Positions 8,813-17,313 of a stretch of DNA of 64,000 bases are shown here, piece by piece. This DNA is from an uncultured Bacteroidota bacterium. GTDB taxonomy: Bacteria > Bacteroidota > Ignavibacteria > UBA10030 > UBA6906. A program made the translations under genes and the position numbers. Numbering within the stretch: position 1 is the first letter of the stretch; each line of letters begins with the position of its first letter. The stretch covers positions 32,001 through 96,000 of the forward strand of contig CAVOYH010000002.1 in NCBI GenBank assembly GCA_963700635.1, written 5' to 3'. The notes beneath the pieces are model-generated. The model did not search any database, was not told where the DNA came from, and saw only the letters and a list, made by a program, of their open reading frames with translations.

Positions 8813-8845
8813 CCCGCCATCATCACCGGGCTCGTTGACAATCCG
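8813..8845 (+). repeat. direct repeat copy 1 (33 bp)
   Basis: CCCGCCATCATCACCGGGCTCGTTGAC(A)ATCCG, repeated at 10097-10129 with one mismatch. Confidence 0.95.
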
Positions 8846-8863
8846 ATCTCCCTTCAGTATCAT
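8835..8863 (+). promoter_or_regulatory. sigma70-like promoter for the T9SS cargo gene
   Basis: TTGACA-17 nt-TATCAT; the -35 lies within the direct repeat. Confidence 0.65.
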
Positions 8864-9035
8864 GTGTCATATTGTCCGGGGAAGCCCATTCCCTCGCGGA
8901 TCCGGGAATAATAGTTGTCGTAAACCGCAAAGAATAGTTGTCGTCAAACAGTGGATTGGGAATGATGTTGACCTGAAGGCCTCTATACGGGGGAATATAA
9001 GTGGGCCTCGACACAACGCAAAGGAAAACTCACCG

Positions 9036-10085
9036 ATGAGATACATTGCTATCATTTGTCTGGTACTTTTTGCCAGCGCAGCAGCCATGAGTCAGACCAT
9101 CACGAATACTCTCAAGAACTTCTCCAGGAACGGGGACACATACACGTTTGAAATATGGAGTCAGGCCTCACAGAGTGGCATGGGTACAAATCAGGCATTA
9201 TTTCAAGTGTACATCACCTACGGCGCGTTCACCGTTTCAGGATCGACTGTCACGCTGGAGAGCAAGTTCAGTTCATTTGGTCCTGGCAGTCTGGGGTTGT
9301 GGACCTCGGGGGGCATCCAGGGCTTTCAGTTTTCGTTCGGTGGAAGCGGTCTCCCCGGAATTGAAATCTCGTCTGCCGTGGGGGGCGAGAAGGTTCTTAC
9401 GCTCAGATGCAAGATCATCGATACGACCAAGACCTCAGGTCTTTCTTGGGTAACGGCCAACGGATGGTTCTGGTTGACCAACCTCTGGGCGGGCAGCGAC
9501 AACAGCCCGCTGCCGGTTCAGTTGTCGTCGTTCGCGGTTCAGGTGATCAGTGGTGCTGCGCGCTTGACATGGATCACCACGTCTGAAATTGACAACTACG
9601 GGTTTTGCGTAGAGCGTGGTAACTCGCCGGACAATCTGGCAGATGCCGAGGATGGCTTTGTTCCCGGTCATAACACGACGATTGAGCCGCACGAATACTC
9701 GTGGACAGATAAAAATCCCGTATCATACTACAGGCTGCGCCAAATCGATCTAAACGGGAGCGTCCATTACTCGGATATCGTGTCGACAAGTACTGCCGGG
9801 GTGATACCAGTTCTTGCTGCGCGTGAGTTTGTCCTGATCCAGAACTACCCCAACCCCTTTAACCCTTCAACGACGATCCGCTACGGCTTGCCCAACAGGA
9901 CAGCTGTACAGCTGTCAGTCTACAACACAATCGGGCAGCAGGTATCCATTCTGCAGAATGGGGAACAGGAAGCAGGGTATCATGAGGTCAAGTTCGATGC
10001 GCGAAATCTCCCGAGCGGGGTTTATTTCTATCGGATGCAGGCGGGCGCATTCACAGAGACCAAGAAACTTCTCCTGGTCAGATAG
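9036..10085 (+). CDS. secreted protein with T9SS type A sorting domain
   Basis: Signal peptide MRYIAIICLVLFASAAAMSQ, LPVQLSSF Ig-like module, QNYPNPFNPSTTIRY...SGVYFYRM...KKLLLVR; AAGGA upstream. Confidence 0.92.
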   Translation: MRYIAIICLVLFASAAAMSQTITNTLKNFSRNGDTYTFEIWSQASQSGMGTNQALFQVYITYGAFTVSGSTVTLESKFSSFGPGSLGLWTSGGIQGFQFSFGGSGLPGIEISSAVGGEKVLTLRCKIIDTTKTSGLSWVTANGWFWLTNLWAGSDNSPLPVQLSSFAVQVISGAARLTWITTSEIDNYGFCVERGNSPDNLADAEDGFVPGHNTTIEPHEYSWTDKNPVSYYRLRQIDLNGSVHYSDIVSTSTAGVIPVLAAREFVLIQNYPNPFNPSTTIRYGLPNRTAVQLSVYNTIGQQVSILQNGEQEAGYHEVKFDARNLPSGVYFYRMQAGAFTETKKLLLVR

Positions 10086-10096
10086 TGTATCACGGG

Positions 10097-10129
10097 CCCG
10101 CCATCATCACCGGGCTCGTTGACTATCCG
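10097..10129 (+). repeat. direct repeat copy 2 (33 bp)
   Basis: CCCGCCATCATCACCGGGCTCGTTGAC(T)ATCCG. Confidence 0.95.
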
Positions 10130-10151
10130 CTCACCGTTCCGTGCTATGCGA

Positions 10152-10669
10152 TCATAGCGTCCTCGGGGAGAGGCGTGCGGGGGATAGAGCGGAGGCCTCT
10201 TCGTCGAGAGATGGGGAGGCTGCGTCTTTTGGAGGCAAGCTGTCGATCTTCACTGGAACCGCAAGCCTATCTCCAGATGGCGGATTCCTGAAATCGGAAA
10301 TCCAACTCACGCATTGGTAAAGACAAAGGGGGCTGGTCACGTTAGCACGAAGACACGTGTCGGGCTCGTGGTCGGCGTGCGCCAGGACCATCGGGATGTG
10401 AGCGGACTCAAGTAGATCTTTGAGCCAATACCATCCGGTGGTGGATTCAACGGCAGTCTGGTGTTCGGCGTCAAGGGTGGTGAAATAATCCGGCACAAGC
10501 GGTAGAGAATTAGGAACACGTCTTTGTTTGACGATTGCGCCTGTTTCATCAACAGTAGTGATGTAACAATTATCGCGGTGCAGATCGATACCTGAATAGA
10601 ACACGACAAGCCTCCTTTCGAATTGTTACTCTAAATTGCAACTTTCGAAAGTTCCTTGTTGGTAATATC
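10152..10669 (-). mobile_element. internally deleted IS110-family element abutting an attC site
   Basis: Transposase N-terminus, short left end with AAGGAGG in a hairpin (10605-10669), and a long downstream non-coding segment; left end joins the attC spacer at 10670. Confidence 0.8.
10375..10604 (-). pseudogene. IS110 transposase N-terminal (RuvC-like DEDD) fragment
   Basis: YSGIDLH...AVESTTGWYWLKDLL...VLAH, similarity stops after ~76 aa. Confidence 0.9.
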
Positions 10670-10827
10670 CAGTCGCTCAAGCTGACGTGCGAACCGCAAA
10701 CGCGCCAAAGTCTTGAGAGTTGAGTTACCAACTGAGAACTTACGATGCAACAAGAACTAACGTATCTAAAAAATTAATCCCAACCCGCTGGAGCGTTCGC
10801 ACGCAGCTTAGCTCCAGTCCGTTAGGC
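10670..10827 (+). other. attC site 4, R'' box missing
   Basis: CAGTC GCTCAAGC TGAC GTGCGAAC ... GTTCGCAC GCA GCTTAGC TCCAGTCC GTTAGGC. Confidence 0.9.
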
Positions 10828-10857
10828 AACATATTTGATATTTGAGGATATAAAGTC

Positions 10858-12857
10858 ATGAGATCCATTAAAATTACAATATTTATTTTATCTGATATTA
10901 TTTTGCTTTCCTTTCACTCAGATCAAGGCACAAACGAAGAAACGGGCAATGACTTTTCTGGATATAATCCAGATGAGAAGCCTTGGTTCGCGGCAGAATG
11001 GAGATATTTCTCCTGATGGGAAATGGTTTGTTTATACAATTAGAGTTCCTGATTGGGAAACAAATAGAAGATTTGAAGACATTTATATTACTACTTTAAC
11101 TGGCGGTAAGACAAAGCAGATGACCTTCACAAAAGATAAGAATGAAAGATTCCCCAAATGGTGCAAAGATAGTTCAGTCTTTGCATTTTTATCAAATCGT
11201 TCCGAGGATAAGAACCAGATATATTTTATGCGACCAGATGGAGGTGAAGCATGGCAAGTAACTGATGATAAATTTGGCGTAAGCAGTTATGAATTGAGCA
11301 GTAACGGGAAATATCTTGCCTATCTGGGTGGAAAACCTGAAGAAAGACAAATCTGGGTTATGCCAGGTGAAGGAGGGAGAAGCCGAAAAACTAACAAACC
11401 ATAAAATCCCCGATTAGTTCATATTTGTGGAATCCAAACGGTAAGAAGATCTATTTTGTTGCCTCCGCTCATCTATGGGAAATTGACATTGAGACAAAGG
11501 AAGAAATACGTCTTACAGGGGAAAATGAATATTCGGTTTCAGATGTTATAATTTCGGACGACGGAACGAACATCGCATTTATCGGTTCCTCAAAAACTAG
11601 TGAAGTCTACCTTCTTGACTTAAATACTAATACCATTTCACGATTAACAAATAATTCAGTAGATGAATGGTCACTGAGTTTTTCTCCAGACAGCAAATGG
11701 TTTGCTTTTATTTGTGGAGGCGGTGGGGTATTTGGTGATCCGGGGGGGAAAGTCTACATTATGCCCACAGAAGGAGGAGAACTTAAGAAATTGATGAGTA
11801 ACTTTGACTACGCTGACAACTTAGGCTATTTTTGGGGTGACGATAGCAGGTATATCTATTTCACTTCTCAGGTTGGAGTGGATTATCATCATTTCAGTGT
11901 ATCAATCGATAATGACCAAATAAAACTGATTGCAAAATTTGAGGGTGGTATTCATTTTAGAAAGGATAAAGATTCTGGAAAAATGCTTATTTCCTATTCA
12001 GATCCGGAAAATCCAGCAGACTTATTATTACAGCGAACCCGATAAATTTTAACGACAGAGATAAATGGATAAGACTTACAGATGCAAATCCACAGGTAAA
12101 AGGATTCTTGCTAGGCAAATATGAAACCATAAGGTGGAAAAGCACAGACGGTAGAACCATTGAAGGTCTTCTTATAAAACCGGTAAATTATAGTGAAGAT
12201 AGAAAATATCCCCTGATAGTCGATATACATGGAGGACCCGCATCTGCATCCATCAATAATTTTAATTCTTATATTCACATTTTCGCAGCGAACGATTATG
12301 TTGTTTTTCAGCCAAACTATCGTGGTTCTTCAGGATATGGTGAAAAATTCAAAAAAGAGATTGAAGGAGACTGGTTTGGGCAGTCATTCGATGATATTAT
12401 GACAGGCGTAGATTACCTGATTGAAAGGGAGATAGTTCATCCGGACAGTATGGGTATTATGGGCTGGAGTTTCGGAGGCGACTTGTGTAATGAGGCGTTG
12501 GTATCTACCAACCGGTTCAAGGCAATTTCAACAGGTGCCAGCTCGAATGTACCAAAAAGGTATTTGAATAATGCAAAGACACCGACATTAATACACTGTG
12601 GTGAGAATGACAATGAATAATATAAGTCAAAGTGAAGAATTATATATTGCTTACAAAACATAGGAGTGCCTACAGAATTTATTGTTTATCCTAATACAGG
12701 ACATATGATCGGTGTTGTTGAATATGGAATCGGTAATATGAGATACATGATGGTTAAAATGCAATCAGAATTTTACTGGTTTGAGAAATGGATTAGAGGT
12801 AAAGAAAAAGGATGGATTGACTGTAAAGAAATAATAGAATCCTTGGAAGAAAGATAG
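10858..12857 (+). pseudogene. S9 family peptidase (beta-propeller + alpha/beta hydrolase), fragmented; cassette gene
   Basis: Consecutive fragments 10949..11404, 11425..12045, 12108..12620, 12666..12857 with SPDGK repeats, HGGP, PNYRGSSGYG, GWSFGG; visibly AT-rich; bounded by GTTAGGC and GCCTAAC. Confidence 0.9.
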
Positions 12858-12908
12858 AACCAACAAAAGAATAAGAAATTAATTGAATGGATTATCATTC
12901 AGTAAGAT

Positions 12909-12927
12909 GCCTAACCAGCTTTTAGGC
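12909..12927 (+). other. collapsed attC remnant
   Basis: GCCTAAC-CAGCT-TTTAGGC: R'', spacer and R'-like box with no L boxes; R'' complements GTTAGGC at 10821. Confidence 0.7.
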
Positions 12928-12978
12928 AACCCAATGGATAGGAAGCTATTGACAAGTTTGAACGGGTGATTGAAATTA

Positions 12979-13190
12979 TGTACGTCTTCAGACCATTTTG
13001 GACACTTTGGGCGCAAAGTTAAGAGACAGTTTTTGGCATATCCCGGTTGATGGTAGGTGTGTACGTGTGTAACTGATTGTGCCTTCTCCGCTGTTCAAAC
13101 GTCTGCCGCTTGATCTTTTCCCGCTTCGTTTCGATTTCCTTAGCACGTCCGAAGTAGACATCTGCCGGCGTCAGGTTGTGCAGTGACTTG
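12979..13190 (-). mobile_element. IS481/IS3-like element, 3' remnant with terminal repeat
   Basis: SLHNLTPADVYFGRAKEIETKREKIKRQTFEQRR is a DDE transposase C-terminus; end reads TGTACGTCTTCAGACC on plus strand (TGT terminus). Confidence 0.75.
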
Positions 13191-13329
13191 ATTGCCCCTG
13201 CCTGGAAACGCTCGTCACGAACTTCAGTGCGTCGGATCTTCGGGAGCATCGGGTAGACACCTTTCGACGGGTACCGCTTTCGTCGTGGAAGTACAGGTAG
13301 TAGTAACGGCCACGTTTGGTCAGGAACAT
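13190..13329 (-). pseudogene. N-terminal remnant of a phage-type tyrosine integrase (not in ORF track)
   Basis: MFLTKRGRYYYLYFHDESGTRRKVSTRCSRRSDALKFV resembles an integrase arm-binding N-terminus; starts 150 nt downstream of the tRNA and is cut by the IS remnant. Confidence 0.65.
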
Positions 13330-13411
13330 GGTTCACCCTGTGGATTGGGTGAGCAGGGGAGTGGTTACTCGACTGGTTACTCTTGCGGGTCACCTTGAAG
13401 CGCACGGACAT

Positions 13412-13439
13412 AAAAAAAGTGCGTGTGGCGAGCACGCAC
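13412..13439 (-). terminator. intrinsic terminator after tRNA-Ser
   Basis: GTGCGTG/CACGCAC stem followed by T7 on the minus strand. Confidence 0.75.
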
Positions 13440-13478
13440 GTTTTGAAAACTGCCTAATACCGATCAATTTCGGTAGGG

Positions 13479-13567
13479 CGGAGGGGGAGAGATTCGAACT
13501 CTCGGTAGAGTGTAAACCCTACGACGGTTTAGCAAACCGTTGGTTTCGGCCACTCACCCACCCCTCC
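13479..13567 (-). tRNA. tRNA-Ser(GCT)
   Basis: GGAGGGG/CCCCTCC acceptor, ACGGT-TTGCTAA-ACCGT anticodon arm, long variable arm, GTTCGAATC; no encoded CCA. Confidence 0.97.
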
Positions 13568-13715
13568 ATCATCAAAAAGGGCACTGAAGTGCGCAGAATA
13601 GATACAGAAGAGCAATCCGCCCTCTTCTGAGTACAACGCGCCGATAAGATAACGAAAAATTCACCCCCCCGCAAGACCACTACTTGATTCTTCACTTCCT
13701 TTTTACCATTTTTTT

Positions 13716-16190
13716 ATGATTATGCCGGATACTATAGTTAACCACCCGGCTGCAAAGCAGGCTTATGATGACGACAGGGGAGTACACACCGTGAGGAGCA
13801 AACGACGTTGGCTGTGTTTCAGCATGCTCGTTCTTTTCACCGTGCTGGGTGCCCACGCGCAATCGCAGGATCAACTCCGCCAGCAGGCGGAATCACGCCT
13901 CCGCCAGATGTCCCCCACCGAAATCGAACAAGCCCTCAAACAGTACGGTATGACACTCGATGAGGCCGTCCAGAAAGCACAAACACTGGGCATATCACTC
14001 CAGGACTACCTCGGAAAAGCCAGCAGCACCACGCAGGAACGCACAGAACAACTGCTCGTCGATCCCCGCCTGAACTGGCAGGGAATGGCAACTGCCAAGA
14101 AGACTCTCGACAGCGCCCTTGTTGCCAAGATCCTCCCGGCCATCACCGCGCCTGTGGATGTGCCCGGCTTTAAAGGACGGCTGGGCATCGGAGAAAATAT
14201 CCGACCCTTCGGCTATGACGTGTTCCAGTACCCGGCGACTACGTTTCTCCCGTCTCTGAGCGTGGCAACGCCACCATCGTACGTGCTCGGGGCCGGTGAC
14301 GAACTGGTGGTTTCCGTGTGGGGCGAAACACAACTTTCACACCGGGTCCAGGTGAACAGGGAAGGGAATATCGTCATACCCGACGTGGGACCCGTGGCAG
14401 CCATCGGACAAACGATAGAGAAGTTCCGGGACCGGCTCCAACGCCGGATGTCAGGCGTGTATTCAAGTCTGGCCGGCTCACCCGGCCGGACCCGTTCGTA
14501 TCTGGATGTCTCCCTCGGAAAAATGAAGACCATCCAGGTGTTCGTCCTCGGCGAAGTCCAGAAACCAGGCGGATACCAGCTCTCGTCCATGTCATCCGCC
14601 CTGCACGCTCTCTATCTGGCCGGCGGACCGACCGTGGACGGGACACTCCGGAATGTTCAGGTGCTCAGACGCGGGGAACCCGCCCTGAACGTTGATGTGT
14701 ATTCCTTCGTCCTCCTGGGCGACCGGTCCAGCGATCAACCCCTGCAGGACGGAGACATCGTCCTCGTAAAACCTGCCGGGAAACGGGCCGCCGTGGTCGG
14801 TACCGTGCTGCGCCCGGCAATCTACGAGGTGAAGCCGGGAGAAAATCTCGGCGCACTGATCGGCCTCGCAGGCGGGCCCCGATTTGATGCCCATCTGGAA
14901 CGTGTGCATATCGAACGTATCGTGCCCTTTGACCGACGCAGAGAATATAGCCGGGACATCTTGGATTTTGATGTGCACTTCCGGAACGAAGGCGATCTCC
15001 TGACAGATACCACCGTTGTAGAGGATGGTGATGTCGTCACGTTCCACGAAATTCTCTACCTCCACGAGAATCGCGTCGTGATCATCGGGAATGTCAACAA
15101 GCCGGGTCCGTTTGAATTCCGTGAGGGTATGCGCGTGGCAGATCTTATCATGGCCGCCGATAGCCTCCGGCTCGCGAGCTTTGCCGAGTGGGCAACGCTC
15201 TTTCGCACATTGCCAAACCTGCGCAGGGAAGTGATCGGGTTTAGTCCGCGTATGGCTCTGCAGGGAGACCCCCACGAGAATCTGTTGCTGCGGAATGAAG
15301 ATAGTGTTGTGGTGTATTCCTTCAACCAGTTCTATCCCGGTGAAGAAGTGTCTGTGTTCGGTGCAGTGAGGAAGCCGGGGAATTACCCGCGCCACGATAG
15401 CATGACCGTCTCTGATCTGGTCGTGATGGCAGGTGGGCTTGTGGATGGCGCAACCACAACGGGATGGGAGTTATCGCGCCTGGACACTTCAGACATCAAA
15501 ACGTATACGCAAATGATCAAGGTGGAAGGCGATCAGGACTACTGGCGGCACGACGGGGGGAAGGGTGTGCACCTCCAGGATTATGATGTGCTGACGGTTC
15601 CGTATGATCCGCGGTTTTCGACTCCGAAATTTATCCGTGTCAGCGGCTATGTGATGTATCCCGGTACCTACACAATACAATATGAGGGTGAGCGTATCGC
15701 GGATATTTTCAGGCGCGCCGGAGGGCTCCGTCCGGGGGCCTATCTGGAAGGATCACGGCTGGTCCGCAAGTTCAACAACGCCGGACTCGTGCCCCTGGAT
15801 TTCCGGAAAGCTATGGAGCGCGAGAATTCGCGGGACAATGTGGTGGTCTATGACGGTGACTCCATCAATGTGGCATTTACCGAAGACATGATCTATGTGA
15901 GCGGGGAAGTCTATGTGCCTTCGCCCGTGCTGTATGAAGAAGGCGCCGGGCTGAGCTACTATATAAGGCAGGCAGGCGGATACAAGGAAGAGGCGGAGAA
16001 AGGGAACACCGTGGTGTTCCTCCCCGGCGGGAAAAAATGGGATAGCGGAGAGATCCTTCCGGGAAGCACGATCCTCGTGCCAAGGGAGCTCGACAAACCG
16101 GACAATACGCTCCCAGTTCTCCGTGACCTGGCGACCATTCTTGCCAGTCTGGCGGCAATCACCGTCGCCCTCGTTCAGGTCACCAAGTAA
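13716..16190 (+). CDS. SLBB-repeat polysaccharide export protein (Wza/KpsD-like); start may be further downstream
   Basis: PFGYDVF, YVLGAGDEL, repeated V.GEV.KPG.Y SLBB motifs. Confidence 0.92.
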   Translation: MIMPDTIVNHPAAKQAYDDDRGVHTVRSKRRWLCFSMLVLFTVLGAHAQSQDQLRQQAESRLRQMSPTEIEQALKQYGMTLDEAVQKAQTLGISLQDYLGKASSTTQERTEQLLVDPRLNWQGMATAKKTLDSALVAKILPAITAPVDVPGFKGRLGIGENIRPFGYDVFQYPATTFLPSLSVATPPSYVLGAGDELVVSVWGETQLSHRVQVNREGNIVIPDVGPVAAIGQTIEKFRDRLQRRMSGVYSSLAGSPGRTRSYLDVSLGKMKTIQVFVLGEVQKPGGYQLSSMSSALHALYLAGGPTVDGTLRNVQVLRRGEPALNVDVYSFVLLGDRSSDQPLQDGDIVLVKPAGKRAAVVGTVLRPAIYEVKPGENLGALIGLAGGPRFDAHLERVHIERIVPFDRRREYSRDILDFDVHFRNEGDLLTDTTVVEDGDVVTFHEILYLHENRVVIIGNVNKPGPFEFREGMRVADLIMAADSLRLASFAEWATLFRTLPNLRREVIGFSPRMALQGDPHENLLLRNEDSVVVYSFNQFYPGEEVSVFGAVRKPGNYPRHDSMTVSDLVVMAGGLVDGATTTGWELSRLDTSDIKTYTQMIKVEGDQDYWRHDGGKGVHLQDYDVLTVPYDPRFSTPKFIRVSGYVMYPGTYTIQYEGERIADIFRRAGGLRPGAYLEGSRLVRKFNNAGLVPLDFRKAMERENSRDNVVVYDGDSINVAFTEDMIYVSGEVYVPSPVLYEEGAGLSYYIRQAGGYKEEAEKGNTVVFLPGGKKWDSGEILPGSTILVPRELDKPDNTLPVLRDLATILASLAAITVALVQVTK

Positions 16191-16208
16191 AGCAAGGACC
16201 GACTCATC

Positions 16209-17234
16209 GTGGACAGCTCCCAGAATCCAACACCAACCCCGCAGCCGCGCAAGCTTCATGAGCTGCTGGCTCCGGTCTGGGCCGAACGTAAACGTATCCT
16301 CATCTGGTCATGCGTTGCCGGTATTACCACCCTGCTCTTCAATTTTTTCGTACTCAACCTGACGTACAAGGCATCAACGTCGCTGCTTCCCGAGACGGAA
16401 AAGGGGAAGATGGGGATGCTGAGTCAGTTCTCCGGTCTCGCGCAACTCGCTGGCGTAAATGTTCCGGGATCTGAAGTTGCCCGGCTGTATCCGATTATCG
16501 TCACAAGCGAGACCGTCTTGCGCCCGGTTATCGAACAACTGTATCAGACCCGGCGGGACTCTCTGCCCATCAACCTCATCCAGTACTTTGAACTGGAAGA
16601 GAGTACCCCCGAAAAGAATATGTTCGAAGCGCTCAAGGAACTCCGCGGCGCAATGGCTACTACCTACGACACCAAGACGAGCACCGTTGTGGTGACTCTG
16701 GAATTGGAAGAGCCCCGGCTTGCGGCAGACGTGTTGAATGCCATCGTGCGCGAGCTGGACAGGTTTATGCGTCTAAAACGTATTAACACGGCTTCAGAGC
16801 AGGCAAAGTGGATCAGCTCCCGGCTTGAAGAGGTGGAAAAGGAACTACAGGATGCGGAGGATGCCCTCAAAAGGTTTCGTGAACGTAACCGCAGGGTGAC
16901 CGATTCGCCCGAATTACAGTTACGCCAGGACAGGCTCAGCCGTGAGCTCATCGTAAAATCGACGATCGTCGTTGAGCTCAAGAAACAATATGAGCTGGCC
17001 AAGATTGAAGAGATCAAAAACATTACGATTGTGAACGTCCTGGATGAGGCCCGCGCCCCGGTGAAAAAGGAACGGCCCAAACGGGCTACAAACGCGGCTA
17101 TTGCGTTTGTTTTGGTGTTTCTGGGAATGGGGGGATATTACGCGATGAAGCCTGCCTACGAACCCAGGGTGAGGGAATTTCTCAGCGGTGTAAAACGTAG
17201 TGCTCCCGACAGGATTCGAACCCATACTAAGTGA
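16209..17234 (+). CDS. Wzz/GNVR chain-length determinant
   Basis: Two TM segments, central coiled coil, VLDEARAPVKKERPKR. Confidence 0.88.
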   Translation: MDSSQNPTPTPQPRKLHELLAPVWAERKRILIWSCVAGITTLLFNFFVLNLTYKASTSLLPETEKGKMGMLSQFSGLAQLAGVNVPGSEVARLYPIIVTSETVLRPVIEQLYQTRRDSLPINLIQYFELEESTPEKNMFEALKELRGAMATTYDTKTSTVVVTLELEEPRLAADVLNAIVRELDRFMRLKRINTASEQAKWISSRLEEVEKELQDAEDALKRFRERNRRVTDSPELQLRQDRLSRELIVKSTIVVELKKQYELAKIEEIKNITIVNVLDEARAPVKKERPKRATNAAIAFVLVFLGMGGYYAMKPAYEPRVREFLSGVKRSAPDRIRTHTK

Positions 17235-17272
17235 TCCGTAGTCACTCGTGCTATCCATTACACCACGGGAGC
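17201..17272 (-). tRNA. tRNA-Arg(ACG)
   Basis: GCTCCCG/CGGGAGC acceptor, AGTGA-CTACGGA-TCACT anticodon arm, GGTTCGAATCC. Confidence 0.95.
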
Positions 17273-17313
17273 AATATTCTAAAATATACCGACCTGCTGT
17301 GTAAGAATCAATA

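Larger units (their letters stand above)
2584..12927 (+). mobile_element. integron cassette array lacking an integrase in this window (CALIN-like), interrupted by non-cassette DNA
   Basis: Five attC or attC-derived sites in the same orientation with matching cassette-boundary boxes. Confidence 0.85.
1..13478. mobile_element. degraded genomic island integrated at the 3' end of tRNA-Ser(GCT); left boundary not in window
   Basis: Integrase 5' remnant just downstream of the tRNA, IS remnants, attC sites, TA module, pseudogenes and an AT-rich block; housekeeping genes start on the other side of the tRNA. Confidence 0.7.

Noticed and set aside
13019-13435. 138-aa minus-strand ORF as one gene
   Set aside because: Chimera of an IS transposase tail and the off-frame integrase stub.
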